Assembly (NCBI RefSeq): GCF_009914755.1
Contig: NC_060937.1
DNA length: 64,000 bases
Reading direction: 5' to 3' (one strand)
Source of the DNA: the human T2T-CHM13v2.0 reference genome, Homo sapiens
Shown here: piece by piece, positions 13,601 to 25,500 of the stretch
How positions within the stretch are numbered: position 1 is the stretch's first letter
How the letters are laid out: each line of letters starts with the position of its first letter
Position numbers and translations under genes: made by a program
The notes under the pieces: generated by a model
Database searches by the model: none
Told to the model about the DNA's origin: nothing
What the model saw: only the letters and a program-made list of their open reading frames with translations

Positions 13601-13749
13601 TAGGCAAGGGAAAGAAATAACAGGAGTCTAAATTGGAAAGGAAGAAGTCAGTTGATTCTTGTTTGTAGATGATATGATCTTATATTTTGAAAAACCTAAA
13701 GATTCCACCAAAAAACACTATTAGAACTTACAAATAGATTCAGTAAAGT
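10641..13749 (+). mobile_element. L1M1/L1MA-type LINE-1: partial 5'UTR, decayed ORF1, partial ORF2 (endonuclease region deleted, 3' end absent)
   Basis: ORF1 remnant NSSESLNSRIDQAEEKISELEDKLFEN (11366-11599). ORF2 remnant IIRDYEQLHASKLENLEEMNKLLDTYNLPRLN (12747-13022). RT-region DNA at 13140-13700. Consensus jumps at about 11265 and 12480. Confidence 0.92.
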
Positions 13750-13751
13750 CT

Positions 13752-15010
13752 CTATCAGAGAAAGTTCTCTTTCCTACTTTTAGTTTAGTGAGAGGCTTTA
13801 TCAGTTTTAGTGAATTCTATCAATGTTTCTTCTGTGTCCACTGGGAAAATCTTATATTATTTTTTCTTTTCAATTCATTAATATACTACTGCTGATTTGT
13901 TTTTAACTGTTAAAGCAACCTTGCAATCCTTAGATAAAATCTCTTCGGTCGCAAACTCTGAATTTTACATATTAAAAGTATGTATTGGTAAAAGTCATAT
14001 ATTCAGAATACATATGACTATATTCATGAATATTAGTGTCAGAATTTTTTCCTTACAGTAACTTTAGTACCAGGTGAATGCTGGACACACAAGTTGGGTA
14101 GGAGAGTATGCCTCCTTTCACATTTTCCAGAATAATATGTGTGGAATTGATATTATTTCTTCCTTAAATGATTGGTAGATTCACCAGTGAAGTAATATGG
14201 AAAAGAATTTCCTTGGTGAGAATAATTTTAATTAAAAATTCAATTACTTTAGTAGACATAGAGATATTCTGGTTATTTATTTTTCGAGTGAACTTTGGTA
14301 GTTTTTGTCATACACCAATCTACCCCTTTAATTGAAGTTGTCAAATTTGTTTGCATAAAGTTGTTCTTTCTACACTTAGTGTTATCTCATTTATTCTATT
14401 TTATTTGAGCTTAATATATTTTTTTCTTTTCTAGTTTCTGAAAGTGGAACATTGACGTGAGACCATTTTTTTCTATTCTTACAAAGTCAATAGTGATAGG
14501 TTTCCTTTTAGGCAATACTTACTGAAACAGGAAAATTTTGATATATGTATTTTTATTTTGATTCCATTCAAAATACTTTCTAATTTCACTTCTTTCTTTG
14601 TAGACCAAAGGTGTATTTAGATAGAAATGTGCAATTTATATTCCAAATACTTATAAACTTTTATCTTTACATCTTTGATTTCTAATTTCAATCTACTGCA
14701 TTCTGCATACATGCTTAATATTATGTGAATGCTGTTAAATATATTGAAACTTGTTTTATAACCTTGAATATAGCTTATATTGGCAAATACATTGTATTTT
14801 CTTGAAAAAATATGAACTGGAGTGTTGCTATAGCATTTTTGAATAAATACAAGTTAGGTCAAATTGGTTGAGAGTATTTTCGGTCTTTTATATTTTTAAT
14901 GATGTATGATTAGTTTGTTATACAAATTATGGTGAAGGAATGTTAAAATCTTTAGGAATTATCATGGATTTTCTATTTTTCCATGCAGTTCTATCAGTTT
15001 CTGCTTTAAT
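13752..15010 (-). mobile_element. Degraded antisense L1M ORF2 fragments
   Basis: e.g. aaccttgcaatccttagataaaatc and tatttcttccttaaatgattggtagattcaccagtgaag. Confidence 0.7.
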
Positions 15011-15011
15011 A

Positions 15012-17160
15012 TTTGTATTGACTTTATTGAGATAACAATTCACGTTTCATAAAGTTTACCCAATTATAGAGTATAATGCAAAATTTTTCGTATATTAACC
15101 GAGTTGTGCAATATTATTACAATATATTAGAAGGTTTCCCTAGCTGTAAAAAGGAACTCTATGCTTACTAGCAGTCAGTCCGCAACCCCAAGCCTGATCC
15201 CCAGACCTACAACCACCAGTCTTCTTTCTGTCTCTATAGATTTGCATATATTAGACATTTCATACAAGTGGATCATGCAACATGTGTTATTTGAAACTGC
15301 CTTATTTCACCTTGCACAATGTTCTCAAAGTTTATCCATGTTGTTGCATGCATCCACATGTCAATATTCTATAGTGTAAATATCTCATGCTTTGTTTGTT
15401 CATTTGACCGTTAATGTATATTTGATTTACTTCCACTTTTGGGGTTATCATGAATAATGATGCTATGAACATGCATACATGGTTTTGTGTGGATATATTT
15501 TTTTGTTGATGGATATCTTCAAGTGATATTGCTAGGTTATATATATGATAACTGTATTTATTATTTTGAGAAATTGCCAGATATTTTCCAAAGTAACTTC
15601 AGCACTTAACATTCCTAACAGCATTGTATAAGGTTTCTAATTTCTTCATGTTAGTCAATACTTTTTATTGTCCATTTTCAAAAAAAACATTTTATCCATC
15701 CAATTGACTATAAAGTTATATCACAGTGTGATTTTGATTTATATTTTTGTATTAGCTAATGATGTTAAACCAATTTTCTTGTGTTTATTAGTCATTTACG
15801 TATCTTATTTGGTGAAATATTTATTTAAATGTTATTTTAATTGAGTTGTTTTTGATATTGAGTTCTAAAACTTTTTACATATTCTGCATAGAAGTCCCTT
15901 ATCAGATAAAAGATTTGCCAATATTTTCTTATTTTAATGGTTGTCATTTTACTTTCTTGTTGTTATCATTTGTAATACAGAAGTTTTAAATTGGATGAAG
16001 CCCAATTTATCTATTTTATCATTTGGCATTTGTGCTTTTGGAATCAAATCTAAGGAAACTTAGCCTAATTCAGGCTCATAAAGATTTATTTTTATTTTTT
16101 CTTCTAAAAGTTTTTTTTAGTTTAGCTTGCATATTTATGTTTATGATCAATATTCAGTTAAGTTCGTGTATCTTGTAAAGTGGAGGTCCAAATTCATTCT
16201 TTTTCATGTGGATGTCCAGTTGGTTGGCACTAATTTTGAAAAGTCTGTGCTTTCCCAATTGAATTATCTTAGTACCCTGTCAACTCCAATTGACCATAAA
16301 TGCTATGTTTTATTACAGCACTTTCCATTCTATTCTATTGATCTATACGTCTTACTTTATGCAATACCACATGGTCTTGATTACTGTATTTTTATTATTA
16401 AATTTAAAATTAGGAAATGTGGGTCCTGTAAATTTGTTCTTTATTTTAAAATTATTTCGCTATCACAGGTCCCTTGTAATTCCACGTGTTTTAGCATTAA
16501 CTCTTCAATTTCTACAAAAGAGCAAGCTGTGATTTTGAAAGGAATTGCATCGAATCATGAATCACTTTGGGGATTATTACTATCTTGACAATATTAAATC
16601 TTCCTATTCATGAACATTAAATATATTTTCTTTCCAGGTAGAGAGATATTATTGCATACCTTTCAAGAATATATAGTAGTTTCCAGTGTACAATAATTTT
16701 ACATCTTTTGTTAAATTTATTTCTGAGTGCTTTTTAAAATGTTTTATTAAATGAAATAATTTCTTAACTTTGTTTTCAAATAGTTTATGTGTAGTGCATA
16801 GTAATACAATTGGTTTTATGTTAATATTACATTCTACAACCTACCTCAATTTACCTATTAGGAAAATAGATTTTTAGTAGATTTTTTATGTTTATCTTTG
16901 TACAAGGCCATATCCTGAGAAATATAGTCAGTTTTGCTTCTCTCTTTAAATCCGAATAATTTTGTTTCTTTTTCTTGCCTGATTTCCCTGGACAGAACCT
17001 CCAATACAATGTTGCATGCAGTGTTGAGAACACGCTTTCCTGTCTTGTTCCTTGCCTTAATAAAGCCTTCAGATTTTTACCATTAAGTGCTTCATCCCTA
17101 AATATTTGGACTTTCCGTGGATGGCCTTTATCAGGTTGATGAAGTTCCCTCTATTCCTTT
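15012..17160 (-). mobile_element. L1MB-type LINE-1, 3'UTR plus 3' part of ORF2
   Basis: Starts ctttattgagataacaattcac (L1MB 3' end) and runs colinearly to ttatcaggttgatgaagttccctctattcc. Confidence 0.85.
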
Positions 17161-18048
17161 TTCTACAAAGGTAGAAGAATCTGACATATGAAGTTTTAGT
17201 CTTAACCACTCAAAAACACAGATATACTGCAATTAGAATTGGTCATTTGAAAACGTAAAAGTATACACATTATAAAAAAAATTTAAAAAGAAAACACCTA
17301 ATTTTTGTAGCTCATAGAAATAATACTGTTTAGTAACAACATAATCAATTTAATAAAATAATAAGATTTAATTATTAATTTAAGTTGATTAAATTAACAT
17401 CAATATGTGAAAATAAATAATTATAATAAGATGATTCCAAAATGCAAATTCAGTGAGTCAAAAATAGCCATGAAATTCCTAAATGGAACAACAAATCTGT
17501 AGTATGCTTCGAGATATAAAAAGTTATTTTTACATTTATAATAATTAAGGTAGTGTGATATTGTAACACGAATACACAAACCGATCTAGACACAGAACAG
17601 ACACAAACAAATAGACACAGAATAGAACCCGGAACCGCAGCCATTCAGATATATTGATAAGATTCACCTGAGTTTTATTTAAGATAGCCCTTCAACACAG
17701 TGGAGAAAGTATGGTCTTTCATGTAAATGGTGCTGAATCACGCAGATATGCTACAAATCTCACATGACGATAATTTCAAGATGGCATACAGTTACTTACG
17801 TGAAAGGTAAACCCATGACAAAAATGGGGTAGATTTTCCAGTCCTGAAGCTAGCAAATCTTTCTTCAATTGGACCTCAAAATCAATAACTGCAAAGAAAG
17901 ACATGATGAATTGAACGATATTAAATGTCAAAAAAGTATATTCATTAGAAAGCAACGACAGATTGGAGAATCAACACACAGTGAATGAAAATGCATTTAT
18001 GCAACAAATGCACATGCCCAGAATACATAGGTAAATTCTACAAATAAC

Positions 18049-18364
18049 TTTTTTTTTTTTTTTTTTTTTTTTTTTGAGACGGAGTCTCGCTCTGTCGCCC
18101 AGGCTGGACTGCGGACTGCAGTGGCGCAATCTCGGCTCACTGCAAGCTCCGCTTCCCGGGTTCAACGCCATTCTCCTGCCTCAGCCTCCCCAGTAGCTGG
18201 GACTACAGGCGCCCGCCACCGCGCCCGGCTAATTTTTTGTATTTTTAGTAGAGACGGGGTTTCACCTTGTTAGCCAGGATGGTCTCGATCTCCTGACCTC
18301 ATGATCCACCCGCCTCGGCCTCCCAAAGTGCTGGGATTACAGGCGTGAGCCACCGCGCCCGGCC
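18049..18364 (-). mobile_element. Full-length AluYb11-type element
   Basis: Has all Yb8 diagnostics including GCAGTCCGCAGTCC, plus CTACTGGGGAG (Yb9), GTCCAGCC (Yb10) and the GGCGTTGAACC T insertion (Yb11). Perfect TSD ACAAATAACTTTTT (18040-18053 / 18365-18378) at a TT/AAAA site. Confidence 0.93.
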
Positions 18365-18774
18365 ACAAATAACTTTTTAAAAGGCAGACAAACCTAATAG
18401 AAAAATATCAAAAAGCTTAAAGAGACACTTTGGAAAAGATATCCATGTAATCAACACACATATGAAAGTAGATTCTTATCACTGATCTATAAATTAAAGT
18501 TCCTATACAATAATATAACACCAAATCGCTAATAAAAATGGTAACAATAACAACAAATTTAACAATATTTTTAAAATAAGAAAATTTAAAAATTCTCTTA
18601 TCAATAATTTTTATTCTGAGAAACTAGAAAAGACGAAATGTCTTTAATCAAACATGATCTAGTGTTATCCAAAAGCCAAGAACAGTCATAGGCTGTCTCC
18701 TTTAACTGTCTTAACAACCCTGTGAGACAGGTATATTACTCCAATTCTCCAATTTTATATCAAAGGAACTAGGA

Positions 18775-19636
18775 TTATTTTAACTTTGATTTTAGGTTCA
18801 GAAGTACATGTGCAGGTTTGTTAAGCAGGTATACAGATTATTTTGCCACTCAGGTAATAAGCATAGTACCTAACAGTTTGTGGAACTTCACCCTCCTCCC
18901 ACCCTCCACCCTCAAGTAGGCCTAGGTGTCTGTTGTTACCCTTCTTTGTGTTCATACGTTCTTGATGTTTAGATCCCACTTATAAGTGGGAATACGCAGT
19001 ATTTGCTTTTCTGTTCCTGTGTGAGTTCACTTAGAATAATGGCCTCCAGCTCCATCCGTGTTTCTGCAAAGCTTATACATTTAAGTCTTTAGTCTATCTT
19101 GAGTTAATTTTTGTATAAGGTGTAAGGAAGGGGTTCAGTTTCTGTTTTCTGCATATGGCTAGCCAGTTTTCCCAGCACCATTGATTAAATAGGGAATCCT
19201 TTCCCCATTGCTTGTTTTTGTCTGATTTGTCAAAGATCAGATGGTTGTAGATGTGTGGTGTTATTTCTGAGGTCTCTGTTCTGTTCCATTGGTCTATATG
19301 TCTGTTTTGGTACCAGTACCATGCTGTTATGGTTGCTGTAGCTTTGTAGTATAAACATGGCTGAAAAGAATATGGTTTCATTATTTTTTATGGTTGTGTA
19401 GCATTCTATGCTGTATATGCACCATATTTTCTTTATCTTGTCTACCGCTGATTGGCATTTAGGCTGATTCCATGTATTTGCTATTGTGAATAGTGCTGTG
19501 ATGAACATACAACTGCCTGTGTCCTTATGGTAGAATGATTTCTATTCCTTTGAGTGTATAACCAATAATGGGATTGCTTTTGATTTGCATTTCTCTAATT
19601 ATTAGTGAGCATTTTTTCCTATTCTTATTGGCTGGG
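18775..19636 (-). mobile_element. L1PA13-16-type 3' end, interrupted and internally deleted
   Basis: ttttaggttcagaagtacatgtgcaggtttg...ccctcctcccaccctccaccctcaagtaggcc. Resumes at about 19356, with a further deletion near 19578. Confidence 0.85.
19072..19353 (-). mobile_element. Internal L1PA (PA7/8-like) ORF2 fragment without poly-A or 3'UTR
   Basis: Encodes [69 protein letters not shown], the L1 ORF2 C-terminal region. Confidence 0.88.
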
Positions 19637-19930
19637 TGCATGTTTTCTTTTGAAAAAGCACAATACAAAATGTTAAGGCTGTGGAAAAACTGAAAGTCTC
19701 TGATACTGCAGCTTGAAATACTATTTGGTAAAACCAACTTCGGGTTACTCTGGAAAACACTCTGGCTCTGTCTAAAGCATCTGAGTTTCCATTGCTTTCA
19801 GTTTTAGATATAAAACTAGAGAAATCCATACATATGTGTACCAAAGACACACACTAGAATGTTTACATTGGGGATAATCATGATGGCGAAAAATAGAAAC
19901 TGCCCAAATGTCCACCATCAGTATGATGGC

Positions 19931-20243
<313 letters not shown>

Positions 20244-21567
20244 TATAATGGCATATTTACATTACGGGGTGTGTAATGACAATGAGAATAAGCAATCTAT
20301 AACTATCACACCAATATGGGTGAAGCCAGATACAAAAGAGCATATACTGCGGGATTGTATTGCATAATTAACAAACCCAAGCAAAACTACTCTCTGCTGG
20401 TGAACCTCAGACAGAGGAATATTGATTAGAAGAGGGCACAAAGGGCCACCTGAGTACTAGATATATTCTATGTCTTGGTTATCTGGGGATGGTTATATAG
20501 ATGTGTTTTATTCATGAGCATTCATGAAGATGTACAATTGTAACTTGTGCTTTTTTTCTGCACATACCGTATTTTAGCAAAAATAAATTTAAAACAGGAA
20601 CGAAGTAGGAAACAAAGTTATTCTGAAGAATGTGCAAGACAGTGACCTATCCCCATTATACTTAATTGCTCAAAAGAATGGTTGAGAATGCATTTTGCTG
20701 ACTCTTTTTTGGACCATTCTAGTAGGCAGATGTTATTGCACACCCCAGAGGAAATTTGGTTTGTGGTTCTCTGACTTACATAGTTCTGTAGTTTTAAAGC
20801 CATGCAGTCAAGTTGTCTACTGGGTTGAGTTTGTTTCAAGACATTCATTTTGAGTGAGAAAGAAAATTCTTATGTTAAATAATAATAGAATTCTCAGAGA
20901 TAATCATGGTTTTTTTTTGGCAAAAGATTTGACCTTCGTTGTATGGGAAACAGATTGTATCCATCACTTCTCTTCTCAGTTTTTAAAAGCAAAAGATGAA
21001 AAAGTAGATAATCTCATTAACAAAATGAAAAAAAAAAGAAGTAATAAAAAAGAGGCATGTACAAGTGCCACTGGAGATTGTTTATCTGATTTGTGTCTCA
21101 GTAAAAGCTGTTACCATATGCCTGACAGGAATATCAGCCGTGAAGATATTGTTGATTAGGATTAGGATAAAGTCAATTAAAAACGAAAACGGATTTACTG
21201 ACAAAAATGATCAAGAACTGTGTTCCCAATCATAGACTCAGATAATCTCAGAGTCTCATAGTCACTCCAGTCACTTTGTCACGTATATACTTGATAAACA
21301 GGTTGTGAAAGCTTTCTGTATAAAGCATAGTGGCATTTGGAGGTTAACATTCATATACATATTTATAATAATGGTCTATTTATTCAAAACCCATTCTGGA
21401 TACTAGCATTTTCTCACATTGCAGTTTTTTTTATCCTTGGCAAGGCATTGGGTTCATTTACCTTTATAAATAATTATGGTTTAATGTTTAGAAATAGAGG
21501 TATAACTTCTTGACTTATGGTATTCTATGAAATAACAAGAAAGAAGAAACCAAATACAATTTGTATA

Positions 21568-21578
21568 TGTGTGTGTGT

Positions 21579-21610
<32 letters not shown>

Positions 21611-21630
21611 ATTTAGAGAGAGAGAGAGAG
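21568..21630. repeat. Compound (TG)n-(AG)n microsatellite
   Basis: Direct reading. Confidence 0.95.
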
Positions 21631-22214
21631 AAAGAAGAACAAAGTAAATTGCTCATCATTTCCATTATTTATCACTTTCCAAATAGAGCTCATTTTGGAA
21701 AGATAAAGGAAGTAATAGGAGCTATTTTCAGACCATATGGAACTGCATAATGTATTGGGGTTGTCGCCAGATTCAAGCAAAGTGGTTGCATTTTACAAGC
21801 TGGAGAGTCCCTTTCGCAAGTAGGATTACAGAATAATTATGCTCATCTTTAGATGTTTCTGAGAGTTTTCATTGGGTCTATATATGATGATAGAAAAGTA
21901 GGATGATGATAATCTTTTCCCAAGTTTTAAATACATTATGTGTTTCTGCCTTTTTATTTTTGTTTAAAGATTGTTATGCCAGGCTGTGATATGTTTCCAT
22001 TTGGTTAAGTCAATAAGGACATTCAATTTTTTCAAGATCATGTGCTTCACAACTTCCAAATCTTATTTTTCAAGAGGAGTTATTTCCTGGATTGGTGGAT
22101 ATTTAAGCTATGCATGAAACACCAACAAACAGAAGTTTTTGTTCTTCTTTCTTTGATACACAAAAGCTCTCTGATAGTCCCCGATTTATTTATTTTCAGT
22201 GGACTTGGCTAAAC

Positions 22215-22534
22215 TGTCATGGGCTGAGTTGTACATTCTCCATTCATATGTTGAAATCCTAACATCCAGCACCTCAAAATGTTACTGAATTTAAAGATAG
22301 GGCCATTTGAATGGGGTCCTAATCCAATGTGACTCATGTCCTTATAAAAAGAGGAGTCTAAAACACTCAGAGAGACACCAGCGATTCATGTACACAAAGG
22401 AAAGACCATGTGATGACACAATAAACCAAAGAGAGAGGCCTCAGAAGAAACTAAACCTGCAGACATTTTATTTCCATGGTTTAAGCCACCAAGTCTGCAA
22501 TCCTTTCTTATGACAATCCTTGTAAACTAATACA
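22215..22534 (+). mobile_element. MLT1A/B MaLR solo LTR
   Basis: TG...CA ends (tgtcatgggctgagttgt ... aaactaataca), with cctaatccaatgtgactcatgtccttataaaaagagg. 5-bp TSD TAAAC/CAAAC. Confidence 0.85.
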
Positions 22535-25500
22535 CAAACTAACCAGCCTTCGACAACTAAGCAGCCTGCATAGATTAATTGGGCTAGTTCCATTTCTTAA
22601 TTAGCAAGTTAGGAAACAATATGATTTAGGTTTCTGAGAAGGCTAAGAAGGAATTCTCCTGTGATAAGGATTTTATAAATGTAAGGTCCGTAAGTAAGTA
22701 TGATGAAATGACGACATTTTGTCTGACCCAAGACCTCCTTCTACTCTATTTAGAAGGCATAGGCAGGGTAAACGTTAGCATCTAAATTTTCTGACATTTT
22801 AACATTTATTACTTCTGAATATACCACATCTGCAAACCCAGGGGCATTAGAGCGACTAAATGCAATATCTGTTCAACACGCAGATAGGAGCTACATCAGC
22901 AAGTGCAGATTTGATGATAAACTTTTTCGTTATTTGTTTCTGGTGCCAAATTGGGAGTGAAGATTTTAGTTGGGGCTCTGTTCCAAAGGTTAGGCCGTGA
23001 ATTGAACTGCTGCTTTTCTTCACCAATATTAGAGATATCAGTTAAATTAAAATTCAAAACAAACTTGCTAGAGAAATTAAAGAAAATGTTAATATTTCCA
23101 AAAAGTTCAAAATGAACGTTCAGGGTTTGAGTTTTATATATATACATAGAGATTAAAATATAATTATACCACTTCTGCTTTTGGATATTGTGCTGGGAAT
23201 AACCTTTCCTCTGTCTTTCCTCTCCATGTGCTCCTCATTTGCAGCCACCCGAATGAGATTGATGGTCTATGCCTGAATGCTCAGGCTGTACCTAGATTCT
23301 CCACACTCTAGAAGAACGCTCTGTAACTAGCAGTTGTCTTCTGTGTTTCTAAGCTATCAAACTGTGCAAAGTCAACAAAATTCCACTGTTTTGAAGAATT
23401 AATACAGTTTTTAGCAGCCCTCTACCTACTCTAGGTTAAATACAATGTCTAGGGAAACACTATAATAACATATAAATTGACCATTATTACTGATTTTTAG
23501 GGACTATCCATATTCTCAGTGTAATTTCTGACCTGTAATATCCTATATGAAACTGGACTCAACTATTAGATAAAGAAAGACCCTATCCTCCAACTGGTAC
23601 TCACTCAGACACTGAGCAAAAGGACATTTCAGGTCACTCGGCCCCTTGTACTGATATTTCATCTTTGCAGATAATATTAACTGTATGACTCTATCATGGA
23701 ATGCTAAGAAAGAAATAATTATATTTTACAAAATATTTTCTATTAAAGTTATTTCATTTTATGCTTTACCAGCTCCAATAAGAAAGCATGATATGATATT
23801 TTCATAGGATTATGGACTTGGAAGATTCCTTATTGCATCAGCGGGTTTATAATGATTGCTAATAATTTCATATACCATAAATCTGGCAATTATTAATCTT
23901 CAAAGGCACTTCAGGTAAAATCTTTAAAAAATGTATTATTCAAATTTTATGACATAACTTTATTAAAACTTTACCAAAATTTGCTGTTCTCCAAAGAATT
24001 CATAGAAACTTTGAAAGAATTAATGGAAGAATGAATGCAAAAATATAGAGTTCTACATGTATTTGTCGTTGTGGGCAATGCTTTCTTGCTGTTCTATAGC
24101 TGTTCTAGTTGGTGTCTACCCTGGCTGTAGATTCAGAGAAGAAAAAAATTTGAGGAGAAGTAAAACGGAGCATCTCTCTGAGAGTCTTCTACAAGTTTTT
24201 ATTCCTCCGCTTTTTTGTGTTTTGTTTTGTTTTTGTTTTATCGTATCTCCTATCAGATGAATTGAATACAGGTTGGAGAATAATACATCTCTTCTCTTGG
24301 TAAGACTATAGTAGAAAATAGAAAATTAGATATATTATTTGTCCAAACGTCTGCTTTTGTTTTTGAAGAAAAACAACAATAGCAGAGGAATCATTCAAAA
24401 CTTTTATTCTTTGGCAACTGCACTGATTATCTTACTTTGCTCAAAGGTTAACACTTGATTTAAGGAGCTTTTGCTCCTAAGTGGAAGAGTAAGAATGTCT
24501 TTTAATTTCATTACTAGTATGATATTTACATTATTAACAGACTTAAACTTAGACAATATTATTTTCATATGATGAAACAATTATACATAAAAGAGCAAGC
24601 AACTCTTGTTTTTTCTGTTAGAAAAGTCACCATGATCCAGAAATAATAGAAATGAATAGTATAAATTTTCCCTTAAACATAGATCTTTATTCACTTCTTG
24701 TATTTGAAATACTTCACCTTTTCCTCAACTTCTTATCCAACAATAAAGTGTTTCTGTTTGAGGAGAATTGCCAGTCTGAAGATATTGTGGGTAATACCTA
24801 ACTTGCTTTGATTTATGTTTACAAGAGTGTCTCTGTTGCAGACCTTACTTTTCTGCTAGTGTTTAATACATTGTTGACATTTATTGGAGTTAGAAAAATT
24901 ATTTAATAATATTTATGTTTCAACTTTCAATGCATTTTTATTTTTCATGTTTCTTGTTTCAATAAATAAACTCAGTGATAAGGTTGAGTAAACTCAGAGC
25001 AAAGATGTCTTCACTTCGAGAATCAAGAGAAGCAGTTTGCTTTAAAACACAATGCCTTTGTTTTATGACCCTATTAGTTTATTACTTAAATCAGTTACTA
25101 TAAAATGCAAGACCACTGGGGAAACTTACAGGTCATCTATTCCTGTAATTTCTTGTTGAATGTAAGAAGTGCTGATATACCTGTGTGTATTAAGATTAAA
25201 TTGTTTTCTGTAAATTCAACAATTATAACAAAATTAACTAATATTTATACATTTCTGTTTCAATAAATTTTCATAAAGATATTTTGTTTCAGTATTTCTT
25301 CATGGTAGTAAAAACTTAAAATATGTTTTACTATTTTATTAAAATTGTAAAACACACACATCAATCACTTTTTAATCAACTCTAATTTGGCTACATTCTC
25401 AAGTTATTTCCTAGGAGCCCCTCCCTACTGCCTCTCTCTGATGGATTGATATCTGTTTGGAACTATTCATTAGCTCCTAGTCATTCAGTAATGTAGACCT

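Noticed and set aside
11366-13700. L1 ORF1/ORF2 as functional CDS
   Set aside because: Stops, frameshifts and large deletions.
16127-16588. Longest ORF in the track (153 aa)
   Set aside because: Antisense reading of a decayed L1MB, non-ATG start, no recognisable domain.
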